This document shows positions 1 to 13,624 of a DNA stretch of 64,000 nucleotides, one piece after another. Both the position numbers and the translations under genes were made by a program. Under the pieces are notes generated by a model. That model saw nothing but the letters and a program-made list of their open reading frames with translations. It ran no database searches and was not told the origin of the DNA. Numbering within the stretch: position 1 is the first letter of the stretch; each line of letters starts with the position of its first letter. The DNA is taken from the NCBI GenBank assembly GCA_951406725.2, contig OX597816.1, positions 47,430,001 to 47,494,000 on the forward strand. The letters run 5' to 3'. The stretch comes from Octopus vulgaris (Eukaryota).

Positions 1-160
1 TCAAGTTTAATGCAAAATTCCACATTGGCTCTTTGTTCCTGTCCATGACAAAATCACAGACTACAGCATACATGTGATCACAAAAACCCAAATTTCACAA
101 CTTGCGAAGCAAATACACCAATGTCACTCGGCACTCTGCCTCATGAAGGTCACTGCTTGT

Positions 161-587
161 CAGAGCCAGATTAAGATCCATCAAGGCCCTAAGCACTTAA
201 AAAATTTTGGTGCCTCCATAAAAGATTATGTAATTCAAAATATAAACAATAACAAACCATAAAATAAATTTTTGTTTTTCAAAATGAAACAGAACAGTAA
301 GAGGGGAAAATAATGTTTATTTTTGTATACTTCCACTTTATTTATATTTGAAAAGTTTTCTCCTACTTTTTTGAATTGCAAAGTCTTTGACCAGATCCTC
401 AAAATTAATCTTAGGTAACACATTTGCATCTAGACTTAGTAGAGATAAAGGCATCCTGAATATTGTTTTAGCAAGTTTAAAGTGATTTCTTTCGTTCTGT
501 AAACCATTTACCATTTCTGTGGTGCCCCCTTCTTCCCTTGAGGCCCTAAGCACGTGCTTATTTTGCTTATTGGTTAATCCAGTGCTG
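161..587 (-). mobile_element. Internally deleted hAT DNA transposon retaining the transposase C-terminal dimerisation segment
   Basis: Imperfect TIRs CAGAGCCAGATTAA / TTAATCCAGTGCTG; minus ORF 338-601 ends ...LSLLSLDANVLPKINFEDLVKDFAIQKSRRKLF, typical of hAT C-termini. 8-bp TSD not clean. Confidence 0.7.
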
Positions 588-795
588 CTGTTAGCTCTCA
601 TTGTGCATACAACTATGTGTCATGTGTTGGTGCACTACAGAACAAGTCTGGGACCTTTTTGATACAACCTTGTACGTCTATGGAATATTCAACTGTTTGC
701 ATTTCAATTCAGGAGCCTATAATTTAGTTGACAACTGATTTACAATTGAATCCTTTTCATCAACTGATGGAAATCTAACATCATCAACATATATA

Positions 796-1026
796 CAGGG
801 TGTTCATAAATTACCTTTACAACTTCCACAATTTATTGTATCTATTAAGGTTGAAAGCCATCAATCAACTTACATGCAACCAATGGAGTCCACTTGAAAG
901 TGTTCTGATGTTTCTAATAAAAAACTTTGTTCGCCTATGTTTTCCAATACACTCTTCTGAATTATCCTTATTTTTCATTTTTTTTTCTGAATATTTGAGA
1001 TTGTAAAGTAATTTATGGACACCTTT
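796..1026. mobile_element. Tc1/mariner-type MITE
   Basis: TIRs CAGGGTGTTCATAAATTACCTTTACAA / TTGTAAAGTAATTTATGGACACC, preceded by TA. Confidence 0.65.
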
Positions 1027-1220
1027 TATAATTACATGTTATATCTAATATGATGAAAAGCAAAAGTTCTTATTCAATATACTAGAGCTCTTACTGTATT
1101 ATGACAAATGTAAAGCAACATCTTTTTATTTCTCTCTGCAGACAACAAAACTGAATCTACTTGACTGATTCCAGTTCTTGCTTAAATCTTATCAGAAACA
1201 AAATACTATTTGAACTGCCC

Positions 1221-1243
1221 AGAGAGAGAGGGAGGGAGGGAGG

Positions 1244-1274
<31 letters not shown>

Positions 1275-1279
1275 GGAGG

Positions 1280-1322
<43 letters not shown>

Positions 1323-1345
1323 AGAGAGAGAGAGAAAGAGAGAGA
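1221..1345. repeat. (GA)n/(GGGA)n purine microsatellite
   Basis: Seen directly. Confidence 0.95.
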
Positions 1346-2179
1346 TAGTTAATTTGATATGCTTAGTGCTTTGCTGATGATTTATTTAAGTTAATTAATA
1401 AATTATGTGTTGAACAGGATTAATGTTCTGCTATATCAGTTGAACTACAAAAGTCCAATGGTTTCTCACTGTTGTGATGAGGAAAAACAAAAAACAAAAA
1501 GAAGGAACTTTTGTCAATCCTGTAAGTTTGCACCAGGACTTTGCCCAGTTCACTACAGCTCTTTGTTCTTAACATGAACGGGATGACCACCACTTTCTAG
1601 TGCAGCACCTATGAACATTCATACACTAATAACATGTTCCAGAGGATGCAAGACATAGACATAAGCATCTTGAATGGCAGGCTCAACTATGGGAAATACA
1701 TCTATCAATGTGCATCTTTACTATTATTCAAAGAGAATCAAAGTGAAGTGATAAAAAAGGAGCAATGGAAGAGAACTTGTATGGTGGTGGTGGAGAGCTT
1801 GATGGAGTTAACAGTGAAGGAAGAGGGAAAGACTGATAGACAGTTACATGACGTTTGTTGGTAAGGAGATTGAATAGAAACACATTTTGAGTGATGGGGA
1901 AAGAGAGCATGGTAGGAAGAAGGCAGGGTGAGAGAAACGCTATTAGAAGTAGGAAATAGTGTTAGGAGAGAGAAAATGTGATACTGTGGTGAATGGTGTG
2001 TGTGTGTGAGAGAGTGAGAGCAAAAGAGAGAGAGAGTGAGAGAGAGTTATGTATGTCAAAAATATGTGATAGAGGGTGGAGTGATGTGAAAAGTGATAAG
2101 ATAGTAATAAAGGTAGGTAATGGTGAGAGAGTCAGGGTAAAAGATGTGATAGATGTCAATGATGAGGGATAAGAGAGTG

Positions 2180-2420
2180 AAGGTAAAGGCGAAGTTACCT
2201 TCTCGAGTCATACTGACTCATAAGGGTCGGTTTCATTGTCTATATATTCTCCATGTGGATAGGACACTGGACTGTTACAAAATTACTCCTTTTTTCCAGC
2301 TAAGTGGACTGGAGCAATGTGAAATGAGGTGTTTTGCTCAAGAACACAATGTATTGCCTGGTCTAGGAATCAAAACCACAATTTTATGATCACCCTAACC
2401 AGTAAGACCCGTGCTTCCAT
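2180..2420 (-). mobile_element. tRNA-derived SINE (family C)
   Basis: Shares the ...TTGAGCAA...TTGCTCCAGTCCAC(T)CAGCTG block with the copy at 13625-13820; tRNA-like head at the right end. Confidence 0.6.
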
Positions 2421-2459
2421 GATAGGAGAGTGATGGTAATTAATAAAGAAGTGAGTAAA

Positions 2460-2676
2460 GGAGGTGAGCTGGCAGAAACGTTAGCATATCGGGTGAAATG
2501 CTTAGCGGTATTTCGTCTGTCTTTACGTTCTGAGTTCAAATTCCGCCAAAGTCGACTTTGCCTTTCATCCTTTTAGAGTCAATAAAATGAGTACCAGTTG
2601 TGTACTGGTGTCGATCTGATCGACTGGCCCCCTCCCCCCAAATTTCTGGCCTTGTGCCTAGAGTAGAAAAGAATAA
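2460..2676 (+). mobile_element. tRNA-derived SINE (family B)
   Basis: GGTGAGCTGGCAGAAACGTTAG head, GAGTTCAAATTCC B-box, GACTTTGCCTTTCATCC...AAAATGAGTACCAGT body; recurs many times in the window. Confidence 0.8.
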
Positions 2677-3039
2677 AGAAGTGAGTAAGGATAAAGGAAG
2701 ATTGAATAAACTGGATGGGGTAATGAGAAAGGGATACAGTGATAGTAAAGATGCACATTGACAGATGAGTGGTGAGTGATAGATGAGAGTGTAGTAAAGA
2801 GACAAAGAGAGTGGTATAAAGAGCCTTATTAAGAGTATAATAATCAGGAGAGACCCAAATATAGATATTATACATTACAATCTCCATGACCACAGCTGTA
2901 TTGTTTTTACATCTGCCTTCATATGGCTGGAATTGTCAACAATATTCACTGGCATAAACATTTGAAAGCATCTTGCAAATTTTAATATCATTTAATAGAT
3001 TTAGTAATTAAGTCTTAGTCCTGGTTTTTTTCAAGGTGC

Positions 3040-3435
3040 TTTGGCTGTGTGGTAAGTAGCTTGCTTACCAACCACATAGTCCTGGGTTCAGTCCAACTGC
3101 GTGGCACCTTGGGCAAGTGTCTTCTACTATAGCCTCAGGCCAATCAAAGCCTTGTGAGTGGATTTGGTAGATGGAAACTGAAAGAAGTCCGTTGTATATA
3201 TGTATATGTATGTCTATGTGTTTGTGTGTTAGTGTTTGTCCCCGCAACATCGCCTGACAACCAATGGTGGTGTATTTACGTCCCCGTAACTTAGTGGTTC
3301 GGCAAAAGAGACTGATAGAATAAGTACTAGGCTTACAAAGAATAAGTCCTGGGGGCGATTTGGTCGACTAAAGGTGGTGCTTCAGCATGGCCACAGTCAA
3401 ATGACTGAAACAAATAAAAGAGTAAAAGAGAGTAA
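3040..3435 (+). mobile_element. tRNA-derived SINE (family A) with internal (TA/TG)n and (GTAAAAGA)n tail
   Basis: A-box TGGCTGTGTGG, B-box GGTTCAGTCC, CCTTGGGCAAGTGTC body, 3' CAGTCAAATGACTGAAACAA; ~20 related copies in the window. Confidence 0.9.
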
Positions 3436-3507
3436 ACAGCTTATAAATCATTTGAGCTGTTCAAAAATATGTCATAGATCCTGGTATGCACTCAGCTATG
3501 TCATTTA

Positions 3508-4018
3508 CCATAAATCCTCGAGTATAGTCTGCCCTTCAGTATAATACACAGGGGATTTTTAGTGGGCTGTACCGCTGAAAAACCTAAACCTTGTGTATAA
3601 TACGCACCCCTTCTCTAACTTGAGTCAAGGAGGTTGATATAACGTCCTTGGTTTGTAAAAATGTATACGGTAACGTCCTTTATTATTATTGTACATATAA
3701 CATAATGCAAATGCGTAGCTTTTTGTGCATTTTGTTTGCAGAAAATAAAGAAATAACAGTAATAACATTTAATAAATGTTGCCTACTGCAAGTTATGGAT
3801 GATTCTTTTATGACTTCATTGCTTTCAGGCTTAGCTTAAGATATTTTTGCACCCGACATCACAAAATGCGTCTGAATAAACATTGCCGGACAGCAAATAG
3901 AGACTCGGACATTGCTTAGAAAATAATTTTTATTTTTAACCTCGTATATAGTATGCACTAGGAATTTTGACCTTTAAATTTTGGGAAAAAAGTGTGGATT
4001 ATACTCGAACATCTACGG
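3508..4018. mobile_element. Non-autonomous Tc1/mariner-superfamily (pogo/Tc2-like) element
   Basis: TA-flanked TIRs CCATAAATCCTCGAGTATA / TATACTCGAACATCTACGG. Confidence 0.65.
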
Positions 4019-4899
4019 TACACAAAAACTGAGTGTATGGGAGTGGCCACATGGAAAAAATATCACTATTGAATACTACTTTGATATATTTCCTTGGGAG
4101 TCATTTTACTTTTCACCATATGGATAATATTGCTATTTGTTTGATTCTCACAGTCACTCAGATGAATGGCATATTTTTCAGGATATCCATAATTAGATGA
4201 GCAATCTCTTCCCCATAGTTATTACTGCAATCTGTGAACTTGGGAGATCCTTTTATTCCTTTTGTATTTATATTTCATATCTACCATCCTTTTAGATAAA
4301 TATTGCTTCAACAGAAGTGCTCAGTATGAGAGAATTTGGAGTTGCAAAGAGTGAAATACTTTGAATACTTCTTTTCCAACAAAATATGTGGCTTCACAAT
4401 GCTAAAGCATTCTCATATAAACTTATTCTGTCTTGGGAGATAGGTAGCGAACTTTAAGGCCTTTACCTGTTTCATTGTATTCTACATGTAGTATACATTT
4501 TTGGAGAATAGAATTCCATCTTGACAGTAGTTCTGTTAGACCTAAGAAGCTATCATTGTTTGGATTCCTGTGATGATCCACTCAATGATAAACTACATTC
4601 TCCACAAAAAAAAAAAAAGAAAAGAAAAGATATACTTCAAAATATACCATTTCACTGCTTTAGCTTGGATATTGTTGCTCTTAATAAAAAATCAACTTCT
4701 TTCCCTGATGAATGATGAGTTTAAAGGTCACTTTCACTCTTTCTTTTTCCATACAACACATCTTGGATATTTCCTTTACTGTAAATCTTAATATACACTC
4801 TGTAGTACAAAGTTTCATAACTCCCCAAGGTATTCAAATAGTTTGCTGAGATTAGGATTTGAAGTTTGAAAAGTGGAATTTCAGTTATGAAATTCAAGT

Positions 4900-6030
4900 T
4901 AATATAGTGAGCAAAATGAAATTAAAGTTTATTGGTTTCGTCTTGAAGCATATCATTTAGAGAACATGCCATCTAATTATTTTTCATTTTCAACAATTGA
5001 CATGACGTATGGTGTGAAGTCTTCCCATTGCTGCAGGATTATCTGTATAGATTTCTCTTGACCAACAAATGAGTTGTACATGTGTTGACAAATTTCTGGT
5101 TGCTTGTATTTTCATCAATCATTACTTTAACTTTTCTTGTAATCATCTTGACAAAAGGTGGTAACGCCAAACCAATTTGCAATTTTCTGATATCAGGAGA
5201 GTTAAATTAGAAAGCAAGGAAGTAAATGCCTCTTGGCAGCTTAAAGCCAAATGGTGGCATGTACATTTTATGAATGTAATATTTGGTTTCATATTTCTGA
5301 ATCTTGGAAATACAGAATTATGTTGTCCACTAATGTTGTCCACCATTTGATCCAAACCCAATGCAATTAATTGAATCAATGCTGTTTGTCGTTAAAAATT
5401 TTTCAGCTGTATGATAAAAACTTTTGCAGGTTGTTTGTATAAGAAGAAGTATCCCTAAAAACGATGTTTCCACTCATTGATGCTTATAGGAAAAATACCT
5501 ACATACAATCATATTAGTGTGTGGCACATATCAGTTGATTCATCATTTATGTGCAAGTATTTTGACTTACCAAGTCATCAGCTATCTCCACACATATAGG
5601 CAGAGCAATAGCATTCTTGATTAGACTAAAGATTAGATTAATGAATTGATCTCCTTTTCTGTAACTCATAATACATCAGATTGAGTAATGTAGGAAGATG
5701 CTGTTTATACACTGTATTTAATTTCAAAGTTTTACACTTCTCTGTTATGTAAATATATTTGAAATTAAATTTGAATTTGAATTTGAATTCTTTTTTCACT
5801 TCTGTGTTTCATAAATATGATTGAAATTAGATTTCTATTTTCGCAATGATTAACATTAATTTTACAGATTCTTCATGATCAAGTAGATTGGATCTAAGAA
5901 TGTTTATTAGAAAGCATTTGCAACACTTGCATATAGCATTTATTATTCTTCCACGTAAGCCACTTGAATGGACTTTTCCAATCTTTGTTATACTGACTAC
6001 CATCATTAGTATTCCACTTTCCAATTAAGA
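4900..6030 (-). pseudogene. Decayed hAT transposase
   Basis: Minus-strand fragments CKCCK...DHEES (BED-finger-like, 5827-6024), DESTD (~5530-5545), and GQHNSV...IKCTCHHLAL (CxxH motif, 5143-5379); many stops and frameshifts. Confidence 0.75.
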
Positions 6031-6837
6031 GGAGCTGTTAATAAGATTAGATCAACAATAACTAAAGAGAGATGCTACCGTTAATATGACTAGAGAATTT
6101 TTTCCAATAATTAAAGCATATTATTCACCGAATACCAATAAGAAGGGCTTTAAAAATTCAAATAAATATAACAAACTCCACAAAATGTCCTTTCTGTCTT
6201 TTCTCCAACTCAATTAGGCCACAAATTAAAGATGGCAGCGTCAATAGTCGAAGTCTTAAAAAAATAAACTAAAAAAATTATTTAAAAAGAAACCGTCACC
6301 TAAACATGAAAAGAATTTTTGCTTTAATTTAATATAAAAACAAATTCCTCATTTCAGAATAATAGAAAAATTCTTTAATTAGATAAACAAAATTCATACC
6401 GAAAATAGTTTACCAAAATTGTGTATTTCGTATATTTTCATAAATAAACTAATCTAACACTATGATTGGTTAGATTAGGAAAGGTCAGATTAGTTTATTT
6501 GAAAATGTACAAAATATTTATGTTGCAAATAAACTTCTCTTCATGAATGAGCAAAGTTTGTTTTGAACTTACTGGCCCTTTGAGTTATAACTTGTCCCCA
6601 GTCTCCATTGTGCTTAGCCCTTTTAGCAATTCAAACTGGCCATATCAGGGTGCATATTCTATCTGTTTTATATTCAAACAAACTGACCAGATCCAGACTC
6701 TCACTCCTATCCAGCAATGTCATTCTGAAAATAAGCAATCACATCATGAGAATCTCAAAGCTGCCAGATAATACATGCTTAATTCAAAACAAATGTGAAT
6801 AAACAAGCATCCCATTTGACAGAATCCTCCTCAACTT

Positions 6838-6936
6838 CCTCATCATCATCACCACCACCACCACCACCACCACCACCACCACCACCACCACCACCACCAC
6901 CACCATCATCATCACCATCATCATCACCACCATCAT
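6838..6936. repeat. (CAC)n/(CAT)n microsatellite
   Basis: Seen directly. Confidence 0.95.
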
Positions 6937-7433
6937 TTAATGTCTGTTGATGAGTACAATACTTCATTCCTAAACAAGATTCCAGTCCACTGCAAGGTCA
7001 TCTCCTCCCTAACAGTGATACTCAATTTTGAAATAAGTGTTGTTGCTGAAGCAATTTAAAATGAAGCAAAGCAACCTGTTTAAGGACACAACACAAAGCT
7101 TGGTCTGAGAATCCAGCCCACAATGTTAGAATCATGAGTCCAACATACAAATTACTACATCACATACTTTTGCTCTGAAAGAGTATAAAGAAAATAAAAG
7201 AACCCCAAAACTTCTTGATTAAAAGTTCTGCTTATTGGTTTTCAATGAGTTCTGTACACTAATTGGGTAACATAGAATTTTCTCCAGTTATAGTAATACC
7301 AGCGCATGGTTACTGTAAATCCATGGATGACTTGATTGTTTGCCAAATTCTAACTCCAGATTGAAAATTTGTTCAATCTTACTTTTCAGGCATAATTGAA
7401 AGCTTTCATTCCTCAAATCACCTTATTTTCCTT

Positions 7434-7475
<42 letters not shown>

Positions 7476-7859
7476 TCACATGCACATACACAGATTTACA
7501 TACACTTACATGCACACAGACACTCACACCCATATGTTCACATCCATATGCTCGTGCATGCATGTACACACACACACGTGCGCACATGTGTACACAAACA
7601 CACACACACCTGCACACTTGCACGTGCAGACAATATATCTTTTAGCATTTGAATAACTAAAATGAAAATTAAATTAAATGCACCAATTACTATAATGTCT
7701 TTGTGACTTAATCAAGGAAGGAACTTTCCAGGAAAATTTGTGCTTTTCTGTTCTTCATGTGTTCCAGCAATAAGATTGCTTGAATTTTAATTCAAATGCA
7801 TCTTTCTTTCTATCTTTCTTTTGGAGAGAAAACAATAATTAATAATTAAATATACTTAA

Positions 7860-8068
7860 GGCGGTGAGCCGGCAGAATTGTTGGAATGCCAGGCAAAATG
7901 CTTAGCAACATTTCATGTCTTTGTGTCCTGATTTCAAATTCTGTTGAGGTTGTCGTTATCTTTCACCCTTTCATGGCCACTAAAATAAATATCAGATGAG
8001 CAGTGCTGTCAGTGTAATTGAGTTACTCCCTCCTCCAAAATTGCTGGTATTGTGCCAAAATTTGAAAC
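7860..8068 (+). mobile_element. SINE family B
   Basis: Homologous to 2460-2676; AATATACTTAA on both flanks. Confidence 0.75.
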
Positions 8069-8118
8069 TAATATTGAATATACTTAATGAGCCTAAATTA
8101 TAAATGTTTTAACCGTTT

Positions 8119-8538
8119 CATAGGAGTGGCTGTGTGGTAAGTAGCTTGCTTATCAACCACATGGTTCTGGGTTCAGTCCCACTGCATGGCACCTTGGGCA
8201 AGTGTCTTCTACTATAGCCTCGGGCCGACCAAAGCCTTGCGAGTGGATTTGGTAGATGTAAACTGAAAGAAGCGTGTCGTATATATGTATATATGTGTGT
8301 GTGTGTGTGTGTGTGTATAGGTTTGTATGTCTGTGTTTGTCCCCCTTAACATCGCTTGACAACGATGCTGGTGTGTTTACGTCCCCGTAACTTAGCAGTT
8401 TGGCAAAAAGATACTGATAGACTAAGTACTAGGCTTACAAAGAATAAGTCCTGGGGTCACTTTGGTCAACTAAAGGCGGTGTCCAGCATGGATGCAGTCA
8501 AATGACTGAAACAAGTAAAAGGGTAAAAGAGTAAAGAG
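8119..8538 (+). mobile_element. SINE family A flanked by a 50-bp direct repeat
   Basis: Full family A body; 8069-8118 is repeated at 8539-8588 with one mismatch. Confidence 0.9.
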
Positions 8539-8578
8539 TAATATTGAATATACTTAATGAGCCTAAATTATAAATATT

Positions 8579-8808
8579 TTAACCGTTTTGTTACCACTTC
8601 TATTTTACGATGCTCTGTGTTTCTTTCAATTAATTTTAAATATAACAAAGAATTTAGTAAAATAACTTTGTTATCATTAAGCTGGCATTAGGAACATAAA
8701 TTGGGACTAAGGTTTGGTGGAAGATTTAAATTCAAAACTTACGAAAACAAGACATTTGTACTACAGAGCTAGAGGCGGTTTCAGCCAGGTTGGTATCAAA
8801 AGGGTTAA
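8579..8808. mobile_element. TTAA-flanked piggyBac-like MITE
   Basis: TTAACCGTTTTGTTACC ... GGTATCAAAAGGGTTAA; related copy at ~44740-45027. Confidence 0.6.
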
Positions 8809-9399
8809 AGGAAAGTTTATATATAAAGCTTTTAGTTTCAAAAATATTAATCTGAATGTATGTAGGTTTTGCCTTAAATCAAATATAATTTGGACAATTT
8901 TGGTCAACAGACAGATATAAATTTAAACCAGACATACAAAGCTAAAAATGGACACAATGTCTGAAAGTGGACATACATTGTAACTTTGCTCATGGGTATT
9001 ATCACTCATTCTTAATTTCATGATAAAAACAGGCTGGTTTTGGTAAAAAGTCATGAATATTCCCCAAGAAGTGTATGCGTTCAAACCTCTGTAAACTGTC
9101 ACAAAGAAAAGAGGCTGAAAGGTATTTTAGAGATGAGGCTATCAAATGTTCATGCTCTCTCCTCCTTGGCTCCCTGGGCTGTAGATTCATGTACTAGTAA
9201 CCCTACCCCAACAGCTTTTATAGGCTTTGTCAACAACATCGATGGGAATAGTTACCTCTCTTAAGTCCATTGATAGATGCCTGGCATTCTTTCTAGAAGG
9301 ATATATCTGTGATATACACAAATAGGAGATGCACCAAATACCTGATAAATAAACCAGAAGTGGATGCCTTCAAACCTCCCCTTTGTGAAAGAAAAATGT

Positions 9400-9560
9400 T
9401 GATAGTGTTATATCAGAGTGAAAGATATTGCTTACATCAATAACAGCTGTCCAAAAATGTCCCATGAGACATGACATTCTTGCTAAAACTATTTACAATT
9501 CTATAAGTATGGAGGATTGTTCTGACAATCAAACCAAAAAGAACACCAGAAGCATTCCAA
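9400..9560 (+). mobile_element. Decayed RLE-type (R4/NeSL-like) LINE fragment
   Basis: EDIAYINNSCPKMS then RHDILAKTIYN resembles the end of a CCHC knuckle plus RHD motif; frameshifted. Confidence 0.4.
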
Positions 9561-9785
9561 TAACAACATCAATCCATATGCATGTGCTTATGTGTGTGTA
9601 TGTGTGTGTGTGTATACATACACACACATGCATGCACACACACACGCATGCATTCAAAAATATATACACACACATAAACATATATACACACATAAATACA
9701 TATGTATATATATCTATGAATGTGTGTGTATGCATATATATATGAGTGTGTGTGTATATATAATATATCTAGGAATGTGTATGTA

Positions 9786-9843
<58 letters not shown>

Positions 9844-10156
9844 TATGTACATATATATGAGTGTGTGTGTGTGTATATATATATATCAGCTCTCCCTTGA
9901 AATGCATTGAATATATTTTTTCAAACACTTTGGCTCTTTGACTAAAGATGTCTGTATTAAACATACATAAACACACATACAACATATATACAGTTAAAAA
10001 GTTGTTTTTTTATAATTATTAAATATAAAACTATTAAAGCTATGAGCATTAACTGGAAAAAAGGACTTCTTAAAAATGTAGTGTAAGATGTTATTAATAA
10101 TTTTACTGCCAGTAAGTTGTCAATAAAATTATTAATAGCCACTATTAATAGCATTA

Positions 10157-10188
<32 letters not shown>

Positions 10189-10490
10189 AACATTACTGAT
10201 GTCATAGTGAATGTATTTGTTTTGTTCATGTGCTTATGAGCTGCAGGATAGTGCTAGGAGAAATGTCCCTTTAAGACTTTGGGTGTTAAAAAATACTGAA
10301 TACCTCAAACGAAGGAGAATGATGGATGGAATGAGCAAGTTTTTAAAAGTTTTTTTGATACATCAATTTACAATTGTTTCATCTAAATTTTATCTCATGA
10401 ACACCAGGTTTTATATTCAAATTACATATGTGTATATGCATGTATATATATATATTACAAACACACACACATATATATGTATGTATATAT

Positions 10491-10882
10491 AGGTGTAGGA
10501 GTGGCTGTGTGGTAAGTAGTTTGCTTACGAACTACATGGTTCCGGGTTCAGTCCCACTATATGGCACCTTGAGCAAGTGTCTTCTACAATAGCCTCAGGT
10601 CAACCAAAGCCTTGTGAGTGGATTTGGAAGACAGAAACTGAAATAAGCCTGTTGTATATATGTATATGCATATATAAGTTTGTGTGTCTGTGTTTGTCCC
10701 CCAACATCGCTTGACAACAAATGGTGGTATGTTTACGTCTCCTTAACTTAGCGGTTCAGCAAAAGAGACCAATAGAATAAATACTAGGCTTACAAGGAAT
10801 AAGTCCTAGGGTCGATGTGCTCGACTAATGGCGGTGCTCCAGCATGGCCACAGTCAAATGACTGAAACAAATAAAAGAGAAA
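10491..10882 (+). mobile_element. SINE family A
   Basis: Full-length match to the family. Confidence 0.9.
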
Positions 10883-10953
10883 GAGTATACATACATACAT
10901 ATAGATATATATTTATATATACACACTCATACACACATGCACACACACACACA

Positions 10954-11002
<49 letters not shown>

Positions 11003-11014
11003 ACATATATATAT

Positions 11015-11200
11015 AATTAAAAAATGGAGAAACAGACAACAAGAAAAACCACATGTAAAATATTAATAATATGCCCAGAGAAGGAAAAAAGGGGTTGTTT
11101 TATGTTTTAAGCATAGCTCTTCTTCAGAAACAGGAAACAAGAAAGTTCAAAGGAAAAGGGAGAAGGAGGAAAGAAATTGGCAACAGTTCACACGTAGTTA
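11015..11200 (-). mobile_element. PLE-like terminal fragment with degenerate minimal hammerhead (11097-11131)
   Basis: Minus strand GTTT CTGAAGA A GAGC TAT GCTT AAAA C ATA AAAC; CpG-decayed version of the motif at 20077 and 23517. Confidence 0.55.
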
Positions 11201-12432
11201 CACACATATATACATACGTGTGTGTATGAATATATTTAGTGTATGTATGAATATATATTTAGTAACCATGCACTAGTATTACAGATTGCTTGAAGCTAAT
11301 TTTTTTCCTACATCCCCGATCCTTGGATCTTACTTTTATATATATAAGACTGGCTTTCTTCACTCACAAGGTTTTGGTTAGCCTGAGGATGTAGTAGAAG
11401 ACACTTGCCCAAGGTGCTATGTAGTAGAACTGAACCTGGAGCCATGTGGTTGGGAAGCAAGCTTCTTACCACTCAGCCATGCCTTTGCACATACTTAAAT
11501 GTATATTGGTTGTTAATGTTACACTGGCCTGAAATGCAATAAAGCAAAAGAATATATTCAATACTGAAATAATATTAATTAAAAAATGAGTCCGAGTGAA
11601 TTACTACTCAGAGTTTCTTGTACTTGATTGTCAGGCAATAGATCTTTTGGTAAATGAAGCTTTCTTATATATTCATTAACTGGATCTGTTTGGACCATGC
11701 TGAAAACAACTGAGCAAGGGTGATTAGTTCAACATAATGGCATGTGACAGCATGCAAATAAACATAAAATTTTATAAAACTTACTCTAAAAAATATGTAA
11801 CAATTTATGAGAATGTTAGTAGAATGGCATCTGTAACTATTGTGAATATCTATTGAAAAGTTCTCTCACAACATTCATATGAAAATTTCTATGGGGTATT
11901 CTATTAAGAAGCCTGTTATGAACTTAGGAAGACAGACATATCAACATATGAATATAGACCTCTGTACAAGTTAGTGGTTTGAATATGGGGAAGTTTATAG
12001 AATTTGGGATAAGGTAAATTAAATTCTGTGTGTGATTACGTTTTCATTCATGATATAAATAACATATTTCATGCCGCGAATATGGCTTCAGGCAGAAGGT
12101 TTCTGGAGTAATTCAGGTCAAGTATAAAGTCTTTCAACGTCTATATTGTGCGAGGGTTTTAACATTGTGTTGGTGTGTACTTTGTGATGCACATACAATC
12201 ACATACAAATACATATGCATATGTAAATGTAGTCACACACATACAAACGCATGTACATGTATGTGCACATACACTGACTCATACATACACACAAGATTAG
12301 CCTGTTGACCCTTTTGATATTCCAATGAAAGAACCTTGTTTGTAGGCTAGAAACCGAGTCTTTCTTCTTGGGAGAAAAATTCGGAAAATAAAACTAGGAA
12401 TGTGTGTGTGTGTGCGTGCATGTGTGTGCGTG

Positions 12433-12486
<54 letters not shown>

Positions 12487-12602
12487 TATACATACACACA
12501 CATACGCATGCACACACACACTTGTGACCTCTTACATTGACCAACTATTCATCTCTTATTACCCTCATTCCATTTGTGCTATTTCATCTATGTATATACC
12601 TT

Positions 12603-12821
12603 TTTACTCTTTTACTCTTTTACTTGTTTCAGTCATTTGATTGCGGCCATGCTGGATCACCACCTTTAGTCGAGCAAATTGACCCCAGGACTCATTCTTT
12701 GCAAACCTAGTACTTATTCTATTGGTCTATTTTGCCGAACCACTAAATTACGTGGACGTAAACACACCAGCATCGGTTGTCAAGCGATGTTGGGGGGACA
12801 AACACAGACACACAAACGTAT

Positions 12822-12852
<31 letters not shown>

Positions 12853-13025
12853 CATATATACGATGGGCTTCTTTCAGTTTCCGTCTACCAAATCCACTCA
12901 CAAGGCTTTGGTCGGCCCGAGGCTATAGTAGAAGACACTTGCTCAGGGTGCCACACAGTGGGACTGAACACAGAACCATGTGGCTGGTAAGCAAGCTACT
13001 TACCACACAGCTACTCCTGTGCCTA
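12603..13025 (-). mobile_element. SINE family A
   Basis: Full-length reverse copy. Confidence 0.9.
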
Positions 13026-13199
13026 TAATATACGTGTACATATTATTTAGATAGCCATGTGTTTATCATTACCTCTTTTTAATGGCAGCTGCTTTTTTGG
13101 GAGAAAGCTTTGTGTGGGTGCACCTCTGTTGTATTGGTTGTAATATGCGGTATCTCTGTATGAATTCTATGACAGAACTTTTCTGTAGATATTCACCAT

Positions 13200-13360
13200 A
13201 GGCATAGGAATGGCTGTGTGTGCAGAAGTAGCTTGCTTAACAACTATATTGTTGCAGGTTCAGTCCCACTGTGTGGCACCTTGGGCTAGTGTATTCTACT
13301 ATAGCCTTGGGCTGACCAAAGCCTTGTGAGTGGATTTGGTAGATGGAAGCTAAAAGAAGC

Positions 13361-13405
<45 letters not shown>

Positions 13406-13620
13406 ATATGTTTGTGTGAGTGTGTTTTGTCCCCCCACCATCACTTGACAACCGATGTTGGTGTGTTTACATCCCTGTAACTTAACAGTTCGGCAAAAGA
13501 GACTGATAGAATAAGTACTAGGTTTACAAAAACAGGTCTTGGGGTCGATTTGTTCGACTGAAGACAATGCTCCAGCATGGCTGCAGTCAAATGACTGTTA
13601 CAAGTAAAAGAATAAAAGAA
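13200..13620 (+). mobile_element. SINE family A
   Basis: Full-length copy, head-to-head with 12603-13025. Confidence 0.9.
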
Positions 13621-13624
13621 TAGT

